Origin: a virus
Taxonomy: Duplodnaviria; Caudoviricetes
IMG/VR virus record: IMGVR_UViG_3300026549_000032
Location: 64,001 to 128,000 of that record
Reading direction: 5' to 3' (one strand)
Length of the DNA: 64,000 nucleotides
Below are positions 38,568-47,654 of this stretch, in pieces. The position numbers were made by a program, and so were the translations under genes. Position 1 is the first letter of the stretch, and every line of letters begins with the position of its first letter. The notes below the pieces were generated by a model that worked only from the letters and a program-made list of their open reading frames with translations, made no database searches and was not told the DNA's origin.

Positions 38568-39062
38568 TTACTTTATTATAAACTCTTCTTTGCCGTTTAG
38601 CCACTTGTTACGATAGTTCTTCTTGTAACGAAGACACTTAATGACCTCCTTGAAGTGACTCAGTTCTTCTGTCGGGAACTTAACACGTACGCTCAGGCTA
38701 GACTTCGTAAGCATCATCTTCACGTCATCGCCCAGAGTATAATATTGTCTTGTCTTAGCCGCCTTTTCACCTCTCCCTGAGCGTGTGGCAGTTAATCCAA
38801 TGACATCGCCATCTAATTCATTAACGTCATCAAAACCATGACCAATCAGGTAATCCGAAATCTCTTTCTGTGCTTCTTCTGACCTAACATGAATAGTAAC
38901 TATGCACAGATTGGAATCCAAGGATAGCTGGAATAGTCGCCTGAGATCTTTCTGATTGATGTCTTGATCGTTTTGGTAATGTAGGAATGGGTACACCTCT
39001 ATGAGGCCGAATTCTTGTTTTTCTCCATTAACTGGATTGTCGATTTTTAATAAGTTCTCCAT
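38568..39062 (-). CDS. Hypothetical protein
   Basis: First ATG 39062; promoter box upstream. Confidence 0.7.
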   Translation of the reverse strand: MENLLKIDNPVNGEKQEFGLIEVYPFLHYQNDQDINQKDLRRLFQLSLDSNLCIVTIHVRSEEAQKEISDYLIGHGFDDVNELDGDVIGLTATRSGRGEKAAKTRQYYTLGDDVKMMLTKSSLSVRVKFPTEELSHFKEVIKCLRYKKNYRNKWLNGKEEFIIK

Positions 39063-39087
39063 ATGTTTCAAATATTTTATGTTTGTA

Positions 39088-39122
39088 CATACATAAGAAT
39101 TTCAATTAAACTCTTATTAATG
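39088..39122. promoter_or_regulatory. Divergent putative promoter pair (TCTTATGTATG minus; TCTTATTAATG plus)
   Basis: Recurring motif. Confidence 0.6.
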
Positions 39123-39153
39123 TCATAGGACTAATTCCTTGACTAATTAAAAC

Positions 39154-39627
39154 ATGATTAGTAACAAAATTGACGAATTAATTTCGGAAGCACGTAGTTC
39201 TAAGGATAGAGAACTACTGAAAGTATTAACCCTGATCAAGGCGGAACTTCAGAAAGCAAAGACCGCTAAGAACAGGAAAGCTACTGGTGAACTGACGGAG
39301 GTAGAAGAGGCAAAGACTCTCATCGCCATGGTAGAACAAAGAAAAGGTTCTATCGACGAATATATAAAGGGCAAGCGAGAGGACTTAGCACAGGCTGAAC
39401 AGAAAGAGATTGATATTATTCAGCCCTACATTCCAGAGCTTCCCACCGAAGAAGAACTTAAGGAGTATATTGCCGGAGCAATAACCGCCTACAAGACAAC
39501 GAAAGAGGATGGTTATGCACTAAGTATGAAGGATATGAAACCCTTGATTGAGATTGTTCAGGGTAAATATCCTACGGCTCCAGGTAAGTTAATCAGTAGT
39601 ACACTTCAAGGAATCCTAAGAGGATGA
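39154..39627 (+). CDS. GatB/YqeY domain protein
   Basis: L.LIKAEL...QRK.SI..Y...REDLA..E..EI.II..Y.P, MKDM. Confidence 0.85.
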   Translation: MISNKIDELISEARSSKDRELLKVLTLIKAELQKAKTAKNRKATGELTEVEEAKTLIAMVEQRKGSIDEYIKGKREDLAQAEQKEIDIIQPYIPELPTEEELKEYIAGAITAYKTTKEDGYALSMKDMKPLIEIVQGKYPTAPGKLISSTLQGILRG

Positions 39628-40172
39628 AACCGCTTATTGCTAATCAGTATTGCCCAGAGTTCCTAGAGAAATGGGAATCTCTTCGGGAATGGATTAACCA
39701 GACTCGTTCTAAGACTTGGCAAGGATTCTTCTTTGGCCTAGACTTAGTCGGAACGGTTGTGTTTGCCGTAATAAGTACGGTTGGTGTTTTTGGTGTTTTC
39801 GGAGAGCCCCTAAAGTGGTTTGGTATTCTCAATCTTCTGAGAGTGACAATAAGTCTCGTCATGATAGGAGTAGTATCAAGTCAGGTACTAGATCGAGGAC
39901 GAATACCTCTCGCACAAGGACCAAGCAACGTTACACAGGTCTTATATTGGATCCTGTATATGTCCTCTCATGCAGCACTTATCATGATTGCAGAGGGTGG
40001 TCTTTGGTCACAGATGACTATAGGGGCTAGGTGGCTTATCTTTGGATTATTCTTATCCAAGATTATCAACTTGAACCATACCAAAGACTTTGACCTACAG
40101 GGTGCTTTCATAGGAGCACCAAAGTTTCTCTTAAAGGATATTCCTGAGTGGATTAAGAGCCGAGTTTCATAA
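39624..40172 (+). CDS. Multi-pass membrane protein
   Basis: Four hydrophobic segments. Confidence 0.7.
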   Translation: MKPLIANQYCPEFLEKWESLREWINQTRSKTWQGFFFGLDLVGTVVFAVISTVGVFGVFGEPLKWFGILNLLRVTISLVMIGVVSSQVLDRGRIPLAQGPSNVTQVLYWILYMSSHAALIMIAEGGLWSQMTIGARWLIFGLFLSKIINLNHTKDFDLQGAFIGAPKFLLKDIPEWIKSRVS

Positions 40173-40209
40173 AGCTCGGTTTTTATTTTCGAACCCCTTA
40201 TTAACAGAT

Positions 40210-40557
40210 ATGAACGAAATAAAACTACACGAACTAGTAGCAAACGTATTTAGGGATTACCCATATAATGCGTGTTTATATATAGGAAAATATAGATTTA
40301 AGGCGGAAGGAGAGACAACTCCAGAGGTAGATGTATGTTTCCCATGGGAAGCGACTGACGTGGAGGATATTCCCTTCTCCGTCTATAGTAGAGGACCAAT
40401 TATCACTGGTAAACCAAAGGAGAGCATAGACAAGTTGCTTATGTTCTTCTTGGATGATAGTCCGACGAACTATTTCACAGTAGTTCATAGAGAGCCCGGC
40501 AAAGACTACTACATGTACATAGATAGACATTCAGATATATACGTAACAAAAGTATGA
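40210..40557 (+). CDS. Hypothetical protein
   Basis: First gene of the TNSS/radical SAM operon. Confidence 0.7.
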   Translation: MNEIKLHELVANVFRDYPYNACLYIGKYRFKAEGETTPEVDVCFPWEATDVEDIPFSVYSRGPIITGKPKESIDKLLMFFLDDSPTNYFTVVHREPGKDYYMYIDRHSDIYVTKV

Positions 40558-41123
40558 TCAAGGTTAAAAGTATAACTGACGTTATTACTAACTCAAGCAC
40601 AGAAGTATTTGTATTGAAATTAACAAGTAAAGAAGTTGAATGGCTTGAGAATAAAAGAATAACGTACGCCAGAGAAGCTCTGAAAGCTAACAAGGAAAAT
40701 AAAACTTGGATGAGAAGCTTGAGTGAGAAAGAGAGAAAAGAGTATACTTCCCTCGACTTTCTCCTTGAAGAGGTTGACGAATGTAAGGTTGTCTTAGCTC
40801 CCTGCTTCACTAGGGAAGGTCTCTTGTGGGGCTTGGGCAATAAAGAAGATAGAAAGAGATTCTGGGTTAATGATGACTGGGAGTATATCAGAAAAATTAT
40901 AGGCGGTAAAGCCATCGAAGAGACAGACGAGGATCCAGATTTTAGGTCATTTAATAAATGGTTGGCAAATAATATAGACTGGATCTCCGAGAAGATGAAG
41001 GATGTCTGGCTCATGGAAGTCTGTAACTATGACGAGAAAATCTATGAGAAGCTAGATCTCTATGCTCACATGGATAACCTACCCAAAGATGGTAAAGTTT
41101 TGTTTTATGAATGTAGGCATTAA
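40554..41123 (+). CDS. TNSS-motif protein 1
   Basis: MIKVKSITDVITNSSTEVFV. Confidence 0.8.
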   Translation: MIKVKSITDVITNSSTEVFVLKLTSKEVEWLENKRITYAREALKANKENKTWMRSLSEKERKEYTSLDFLLEEVDECKVVLAPCFTREGLLWGLGNKEDRKRFWVNDDWEYIRKIIGGKAIEETDEDPDFRSFNKWLANNIDWISEKMKDVWLMEVCNYDEKIYEKLDLYAHMDNLPKDGKVLFYECRH

Positions 41124-41526
41124 GAGTATCACCGACGTCATAACTAACTCAAGTACAGAAGTATTTGTAGTTAAGAAAAGAGGTAAACAAGTAGCTGAGA
41201 ATGGTTACTTCTCTGGAATAAACACACCACAATCTGTTAACTGGGAACCCAAGGAGATAACTTGGAAGTGGTTAAGGTCTAATCAAGGGAAGTCTGAATG
41301 GATGATGATATGTGACCTGGTTGACAAACCCTACACTGAGCTATCAACTTCTGGGGATGAACCTGATTGGGGTAGGTGGAACGACTGGGTTACTCTTCAC
41401 AAACATAGAATCCAAGATAGAGCTATTGGCTTATGGTTCCTAACAATCCGAGATGGCTTTGGTGGATTCTTAGACATGGTAAAGGATATAAAAGATTACA
41501 TTGTCTGGCATGAAAATAGGCATTAA
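41107..41526 (+). CDS. TNSS-motif protein 2
   Basis: MNVGIKSITDVITNSSTEVFV; start at ATG 41107. Confidence 0.8.
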   Translation: MNVGIKSITDVITNSSTEVFVVKKRGKQVAENGYFSGINTPQSVNWEPKEITWKWLRSNQGKSEWMMICDLVDKPYTELSTSGDEPDWGRWNDWVTLHKHRIQDRAIGLWFLTIRDGFGGFLDMVKDIKDYIVWHENRH

Positions 41527-41803
41527 GAGTAGGACAGATATAATAACCAATTCTAGTACGGAGGTTTATGAGATCATCATTAATGGATCTCCTAAGAGAG
41601 TTGAAGAGGTACTTCAAGGAATCTTAGACACCTTAGATTGGGTTGGACATGACACAGCTAGAGTGACCACTGAAGATAATGTTATAACTTTAACTGGTAT
41701 TGAAGACAACTCGATCCCATTCCCCTTGATAAACTTATTAGAGAAAGGAAAGTTTAAAGAGTGGTTTGATGAAATTAGTGAAATTAAAAATAGAAGAATA
41801 TGA
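41510..41803 (+). CDS. TNSS-motif protein 3
   Basis: MKIGIKSRTDIITNSSTEVYE; start at ATG 41510. Confidence 0.8.
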   Translation: MKIGIKSRTDIITNSSTEVYEIIINGSPKRVEEVLQGILDTLDWVGHDTARVTTEDNVITLTGIEDNSIPFPLINLLEKGKFKEWFDEISEIKNRRI

Positions 41804-42918
41804 AAAATTTTACAGGCTGGGGAACAAAGATTAGAAGAGACCTTAGCAAGAACTACTATGCCATATGGCAAAACTTAGTAACAACGCGTCTCGACCTGGG
41901 AGATGAGATTGCCCTAGAGCCGGAGAAGTCTGAGTTCATGGATGTTGGTATAACCTCCAGATGTAATGCATGTTGTCCGTTCTGCTATGTCAGTGCAAGC
42001 GATAAAGGTCTTGATTACAAGAATATTGCCAAGACATGGAAGAAATGGATGGCAACAATGCCCGCTGATAGACCAATAGATCCTAGTCTTCTCCCGGAGG
42101 ACGATCCATTGAAGGAGGTCTTTGATGACAAGCGAACTCCAAAAGAGCTGCTCATAGATATAGCAGAAATTGGAGCGGGTAAGAAAAAGACCAATGACGC
42201 TGGTGAAAACATGGACGACCTGGAGTTAATTCTCAAGATCAAATCCTTCACAGCCCTGGGACTTCCGCTGGTAGAAACATTTAGGCCTTATCAGGTGGCT
42301 TGTGGTTCGATTGGTGAGCCAACAATTCATCCAGAGTTTGTAGAATTCTTACAGGCTGTCTTTGAGACTGGTGTGGTTCCCAATTATACAACAAACGGAA
42401 TCGTACTCTCAGACTATAGGACACAAGAATGTAAGGACCTCCTAGAGGCAACTAAGCAGTTCTGTGGTGGTGTGGCAGTTAGCTTTGGTAATAAGAAACT
42501 TCACCCACATGCAAGAGTAGCTATAGAGAACTTAATTTTATACGGGGAATGCAAGGTGGTCATCCACCACATCATTAGTGACAAGGCTAGTGTGGACGAT
42601 ATGATTAGTCTTGCCAAGGAATATAAAGATCGACTCCACTACCACGTCCTGCTGCCACTTATGGCTCATGGTCGTAGTAAGGAAGGCCTCCAGGAAGGAG
42701 TCTTTGAGTATATGTATGAGAAATGTGAAGAGGAAGGAGTGACGAATTTGGCCTTTGGTGCTAACTTCGCTCCTCAATTGAAGGCACATCCAGACCTCTT
42801 CCCCGTCTATGAGTATCCTCAGGAGATCTATAGCAAGAATGTACTCCTGCAGGAGGATAAAGTAGTAATAACACCAAGTAGCTTTAATTTAAAGCCATGC
42901 AAGACGATAGAATTGTAG
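41800..42918 (+). CDS. Radical SAM protein 2
   Basis: DVGITSRCNACCPFCY (CxxxCxxC), GEPTIHPEF, PNYTTNG, VAVS. Confidence 0.9.
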   Translation: MKNFTGWGTKIRRDLSKNYYAIWQNLVTTRLDLGDEIALEPEKSEFMDVGITSRCNACCPFCYVSASDKGLDYKNIAKTWKKWMATMPADRPIDPSLLPEDDPLKEVFDDKRTPKELLIDIAEIGAGKKKTNDAGENMDDLELILKIKSFTALGLPLVETFRPYQVACGSIGEPTIHPEFVEFLQAVFETGVVPNYTTNGIVLSDYRTQECKDLLEATKQFCGGVAVSFGNKKLHPHARVAIENLILYGECKVVIHHIISDKASVDDMISLAKEYKDRLHYHVLLPLMAHGRSKEGLQEGVFEYMYEKCEEEGVTNLAFGANFAPQLKAHPDLFPVYEYPQEIYSKNVLLQEDKVVITPSSFNLKPCKTIEL

Positions 42919-43079
42919 ATTTTACAACATGCGCAGGAATCGTAGATTTTTATAGCTCCTGTCGTGCGCCAACGGAAAGAGAAAAACTCAAGAGGAGTCT
43001 CAAGATGGATAACGACACTTGGGAGATCTATGAAGCCTGGCTGGACAGTAAGAACGACGATTGGCTTATCTTGAGCTGA
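42897..43079 (+). CDS. Small hypothetical protein
   Basis: Fills the gap between flanking genes. Confidence 0.45.
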   Translation: MQDDRIVDFTTCAGIVDFYSSCRAPTEREKLKRSLKMDNDTWEIYEAWLDSKNDDWLILS

Positions 43080-43080
43080 G

Positions 43081-43890
43081 ATGTTTGGTCATACTAAACA
43101 ATTCAAACAGCTTACCGAAGAAAAGAAAGAAGAAAAACCTCCCATAAAACCTCTCCTAGAGGACCTACAGTTTATATCAGACTGTTACAGGGCGTTCTTT
43201 AAGATAGGGGTTAATGATTCTTGGAAGGTTGTATTCAGAGAATTCTTTAAGCAGGTTAAGTTTCACTTTGGTGATAGACGATTCTTGGTCGTTACTAGAT
43301 CAGACTTTGTTGATATGGCCGACAGACAAGGAATCCTAGTATTCAGTAGAGAAGAAGATAAAACTGAAAGAATGGGGACATTCAAGTCTAGGACCCTATT
43401 TAATTGTAGCCTAGGATTTGTCTATGATTTTATCAAGACCGTTCCTAGTGTGACATTAAAGGACGGTATAGAAGCTGGTAACCTTGTATTCCAAGTACAC
43501 CAAGGAGTCATAGAGAAAGGTGGTCGAAAATTAGTAACTACCATTCAACGTGAGAGTCCAGAAGAGATCACTGCCAGAGCAATTTTCAATGCTCTCTGGG
43601 GAATATTCACAGAACCTAAAAGGAGTGTAATAGGAACTCCCATCGAACTAGCTGCGACGAGTGTGGCATCTGGTTTTAGACCAGACTGTGATTATGTAAA
43701 GAGCAATGAAAGGCCGACAGGAGTTAGTAAGTATGTGGTGCCGGAGGACAATATCTTGGTTGGAAAAGGGAAGGACAACGAAAAAGAAATTAAGTTTACA
43801 CCAACACCGTTTGGATATATAATTTGGTTAAGTCCAGACGTAGATGGCGGAATAGTAGAGAAAGTAGGATGGTTATACTCAAGGGTATAA
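43081..43890 (+). CDS. Hypothetical protein
   Basis: 269 aa. Confidence 0.75.
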   Translation: MFGHTKQFKQLTEEKKEEKPPIKPLLEDLQFISDCYRAFFKIGVNDSWKVVFREFFKQVKFHFGDRRFLVVTRSDFVDMADRQGILVFSREEDKTERMGTFKSRTLFNCSLGFVYDFIKTVPSVTLKDGIEAGNLVFQVHQGVIEKGGRKLVTTIQRESPEEITARAIFNALWGIFTEPKRSVIGTPIELAATSVASGFRPDCDYVKSNERPTGVSKYVVPEDNILVGKGKDNEKEIKFTPTPFGYIIWLSPDVDGGIVEKVGWLYSRV

Positions 43891-43907
43891 TCCCTATTTT
43901 CTCTTTT

Positions 43908-43918
43908 CCTTATTCATG
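43908..43918 (+). promoter_or_regulatory. Putative promoter box CCTTATTCATG
   Basis: Recurring motif. Confidence 0.6.
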
Positions 43919-43947
43919 ATTAATATGAACAACAAACTTTTAAGACA

Positions 43948-46143
43948 ATGGAAGCAATAAGAAAATTACTACAAGAACAGTTTAAGAATCTCCTAGCAAC
44001 TGGACATTTATTCAGGTCTAATATTGAAGGAGACTTGTTGTGGGCGGGTTATCTGGAAGGATTCAACCAGGATCCAATCTGGCGAGCCGAGGATAGCTCA
44101 ATTCACAACTGTAACTATTGTAAAGGTTTTATTCGCCATTATGGACCGATCGTAGCTATCAATCAGAACTACGAGCTCATCTCGTTATTTGATATAGATG
44201 ACAACAAGATCCCTGACGAATATAAGAAGTCTATTAAGGATATGCGCGACCTGATTCGTGCACAGGGAAAGGTCAATGATATCTTCATCGAGTCGTTTGC
44301 TCACCTGGCTGATCCGCGTACCCCGTATGAAGAGAATCCGAAAGACAATCAGCCTACATATCGAATTGGCGTTGAACATAATATCAAGAGATACTTGGCT
44401 GAAGATATAGCTAGATGGCCAAACTCTGGCTTCAAGCTCAATCAGGTGGAGACGTATCGTCACTTCTACCTGGATCTGCCTCGTGAGTATGTCAACTTCA
44501 GTACTTCATCAATTCAAGAGATCATGTCTATTAAGAGAAGTACGAAGGATGCATTCAAGCGTATCTTGGACGAAGTTAGTCCTGATACTATGCAGCTAGT
44601 AATCGAGCTTGAGGAGCAGGGTAGCTTGCTTAATGCAGCTCAGTATATGCCCTCCTTGAAAAAGTGTTTAGAGGTAGCTGAGCAATACCAGAGCCTGACT
44701 GCCAAGCAGCGAGACAATTTCGCCTGGATTCAGAGCCTGGAGAACCGTGGTGCCATAATCAAGAATAGTAGTGCACTCGGAAAACTTCTTGAGGATCTGG
44801 CTGATGGTGAAACAAGTTTGGAGAAAGCTTGTGAGAGCTACAATTATATGGTAGATTCCGCAAACTATCGTAGAGCAACTGCTCCCGTCTCAAAGAGTGC
44901 CATCCTAAAGGCCCAGGAGTTCATTGAGAAGAATGGATTCGAAGAGTCCTTCATTCGTAGGTGTGCAACTATCGAGGATATCCAGGCCGACTTGGTGCTC
45001 TTCAGTAATCAGACGGAGACACAGACTAAGACGAAGGTGTCCATCTTCGATGGCCTGAAACCAACTACTGTGGCTAAGACGAACAACATGGCCAAAGGTT
45101 TCGATAAGCTAGAGAAGGTTCCCGTCGATGCCTTCATGACTGACTTCTTGCCGAGATGTGAGAGCGTGGAAGTTTACTTGGACAATATTCACAAGAATAA
45201 CTTCATGACCCTCCTCACCTCGAACAACAAGGACAGCAAGAGGATTTTCAAGTGGATGAACAACTTTAGCTGGTCCTATGTTGGTGGCAATGCAGGTAAG
45301 TCTATGATCAAGACGGCCGTTAAACAGGCTGGTGGTAATGTAGAAGCACCGTTCAGATTCTCCATCATGTGGAACGAAGATTGGCAGACGAATCCCGTTA
45401 CCGTGGACTTTGATGCCCATGCTATCGAGCCTAATGGAGTGGAGATATTCTACTCAACCCCCTACCGAAAGGATAGAGGAAATCAGATGACTCCATGCTC
45501 GGGACAGCTGGATATTGACATGATCAATCCTCCAAAGACTGGTGTTGAGAATATTTACTGGACAAACACCGCCCGACTGAAGGATGGTAAGTATGTACTG
45601 TTTATCAACAACTTTGGTGGTACAAACCGTGGATGTAAGGCAGAGATCTTCATTGATGGCGTGACCTATCAGTATCATGTCACTAAAGCCTTCAGGAACA
45701 AAGAGAATCAGACTATAGCAGAGGTTTGGATTAAGGATGGACATCTCCAGAAGATCGACCACTCTCAGTGGCTGGTCAAGGAGGAAACAAAGCAGGAAAC
45801 CGTATATGGCCTGGATACATGTCAGTTCCATCCCGTTAGCCTGGTTTGTGTAAGTCCTAATTATTGGCAGGGAGAGGGAGTCGGTAATAAGCACTACTTC
45901 TTCATGCTGAAGGGTGCTAAGGCTCCGGAGAAGATTCGTTCTATTTACAACGAATTCTTGATCCCAGAACTCTACAACTATCGAAAGGTGTTGGAAGTTC
46001 TCGGTAATCAGCTGAAGGTAGACTCTACACCTAACCAGCTGTCCGGTCTCGGCTTCAATGCTACCGTACGTGATGAAGTTGTACTCCGCTTAACAGGAGA
46101 CTTCGAAAATAATAAACAAAAACTCATTAAAGTAACATTCTAA
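43948..46143 (+). CDS. Large phage protein with HNCNYC motif and C-terminal YfaP/TerD-like domain
   Basis: HNCNYCKGFI; FSIMWN...DFDAH.IEP.G.EIFY...LDIDM...VENIYW. Confidence 0.7.
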   Translation: MEAIRKLLQEQFKNLLATGHLFRSNIEGDLLWAGYLEGFNQDPIWRAEDSSIHNCNYCKGFIRHYGPIVAINQNYELISLFDIDDNKIPDEYKKSIKDMRDLIRAQGKVNDIFIESFAHLADPRTPYEENPKDNQPTYRIGVEHNIKRYLAEDIARWPNSGFKLNQVETYRHFYLDLPREYVNFSTSSIQEIMSIKRSTKDAFKRILDEVSPDTMQLVIELEEQGSLLNAAQYMPSLKKCLEVAEQYQSLTAKQRDNFAWIQSLENRGAIIKNSSALGKLLEDLADGETSLEKACESYNYMVDSANYRRATAPVSKSAILKAQEFIEKNGFEESFIRRCATIEDIQADLVLFSNQTETQTKTKVSIFDGLKPTTVAKTNNMAKGFDKLEKVPVDAFMTDFLPRCESVEVYLDNIHKNNFMTLLTSNNKDSKRIFKWMNNFSWSYVGGNAGKSMIKTAVKQAGGNVEAPFRFSIMWNEDWQTNPVTVDFDAHAIEPNGVEIFYSTPYRKDRGNQMTPCSGQLDIDMINPPKTGVENIYWTNTARLKDGKYVLFINNFGGTNRGCKAEIFIDGVTYQYHVTKAFRNKENQTIAEVWIKDGHLQKIDHSQWLVKEETKQETVYGLDTCQFHPVSLVCVSPNYWQGEGVGNKHYFFMLKGAKAPEKIRSIYNEFLIPELYNYRKVLEVLGNQLKVDSTPNQLSGLGFNATVRDEVVLRLTGDFENNKQKLIKVTF

Positions 46144-46556
46144 TGTACAAAAAAGCAACACGACTGAAGCTCCGCTTCAATGTAGGTAACGGTCCCTTGA
46201 CTGTTGATCAGCTTTGGGACATCAACATGAATAGCCTGAAGAAGGTTGTAGAAGTAACTCACAAGCAGCTCAAGGAATTGTCTCAGGCCAATGATGATGA
46301 TGACCTCGCCTTCCTCGAGTCTGAAACTCCCGTCGAGAACAAGGAGTTGGATCTGGCTAAGCTCCGTTTCGAAATTGCCAAAGACGTCTATGTGACTCGC
46401 CGCGATGAGCGTACAGCTGCCAGCGAAGACGCTAAGAACGCCGCTGAGATCAAGCACTTAGAGGAAGTTTTGGCCCGTCGTAAAGAACAGGAATTGGAGA
46501 ACCTCAGCTCGGAGGAACTCGAGAAGAAGATTGCTGCTCTGCGAGAGAAGAAATAG
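46143..46556 (+). CDS. Coiled-coil phage protein, partner of upstream gene
   Basis: ATRLKLRF...G.LTVDQLWD; C-terminal LENLSSEELEKKI. Confidence 0.75.
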   Translation: MYKKATRLKLRFNVGNGPLTVDQLWDINMNSLKKVVEVTHKQLKELSQANDDDDLAFLESETPVENKELDLAKLRFEIAKDVYVTRRDERTAASEDAKNAAEIKHLEEVLARRKEQELENLSSEELEKKIAALREKK

Positions 46557-46571
46557 GAGAAAGAAAAAGAG

Positions 46572-46602
46572 AACCCTAGAGAATTAACTCTAGAGTTTTC
46601 TT
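46572..46602. terminator. Bidirectional terminator
   Basis: CTAGAG-AATTAA-CTCTAG flanked by A and T tracts between convergent genes. Confidence 0.6.
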
Positions 46603-46893
46603 TTATTTTTCAAGGCTCTTGGCAATGGCCTCTTTAAGCTCATCATAAATTGACTGAAGACTTGCTAAGTCTAAGAGATCAGCAGTAGTTCCCTTTTCTG
46701 GTCCCTCAACACACAAGGTATTCCCATCAGCCAACGTTAAGTTTCGATAGGGATGTCGTGTAGTGATTGGGAAGGCGGTAAGATTTGTTTCTACCATCCA
46801 CTCAGTCATAGTCTGAAGAAGCTTGATCTTCAGATTCTCTGTTACTTCACTAATCTCTTCAATCTGTCTACTAAATTTTATCTTGTCTATCAT
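46603..46893 (-). CDS. Hypothetical protein
   Basis: 96 aa. Confidence 0.65.
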   Translation of the reverse strand: MIDKIKFSRQIEEISEVTENLKIKLLQTMTEWMVETNLTAFPITTRHPYRNLTLADGNTLCVEGPEKGTTADLLDLASLQSIYDELKEAIAKSLEK

Positions 46894-47186
46894 AAGCCAA
46901 AGCCCTCCTTCTTTATTCGCTTCCTGTCATATACCGGGAGATTCTTAAGCCATTCATTAACCCACTCTTTGTTTCTGTTCTGGTAGGATACACGAATGCC
47001 TTCTTCTCTAGCGTCCTTGAATTCTGGAGTCATGGAAGTAATGGATACTACCTTTAGGACTAAGCCTCTCGGGAATTCAATGTTGACAAGATGCTTCTTT
47101 GTATAAACTTGTTCATCACTATCTAAGACGTCTGTTTTCTTTGTCGTCTCACAATTATTCAATAAGTATTGTAGTATTTGTTTCAT
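46890..47186 (-). CDS. Hypothetical protein
   Basis: ATG immediately after CCTTATATATG box (47187-47197). Confidence 0.65.
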   Translation of the reverse strand: MKQILQYLLNNCETTKKTDVLDSDEQVYTKKHLVNIEFPRGLVLKVVSITSMTPEFKDAREEGIRVSYQNRNKEWVNEWLKNLPVYDRKRIKKEGFGL

Positions 47187-47224
47187 CATATATAAGGCTT
47201 TTCACGGAAAACAGAGAGGACTAT

Positions 47225-47595
47225 AAAGAAAATTACACCTCAGATTAGGTGCACAAAGGAGTGAGCGCAGCGATTCCCACATAGACAAGCAGTAACAAAA
47301 CCAGCACCCGCTCGGCCAAAGATTCTTTACGCTCCACTTCGCTTCTCCACGAAGCTCGTTCCACTAAACTTTGTCCTCGCGGGCCTCTGGGTTACGACCC
47401 CTCTTCGTCTCCGACAGCAAGGTCTCCGACTCATCGGCCGCTTCGCGGAAGGTCGAACCTTGAGGTGGTATTATGTATTATTTTTCGTAGCTGAGCACGA
47501 GCATAGCGAGGGCGAGGCAGAGAGGTGTAATTTCTATGACATTTTTTGGCAAAAACTTATAATAGTCTCTTTCGCATAAAAAATTACACCTTTAG
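47225..47595. other. Non-coding origin-like cassette B
   Basis: AAATTACACCT at 47230 and 47581, inverted copy at 47523; GC-rich core; GAGCACGAGCATAGCGAGGGCG motif similar to cassette A. Confidence 0.55.
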
Positions 47596-47654
47596 GGGAC
47601 TCCCTGGGGGAGGCTCCTGGGTCAAAAAAGAAAGGGACCGAAGTCCCCGAAGAA

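Noticed and set aside
40560-41570. TNSS DNA repeats as CRISPR or DGR repeats
   Set aside because: They are in-frame coding, 400-560 nt apart, and differ mainly at synonymous positions, not adenine-specifically
47250-47520. tRNA, CRISPR array or further intron in the GC-rich segment
   Set aside because: No cloverleaf with a consistent T-loop and acceptor stem, no regular repeat-spacer pattern, no interrupted host gene
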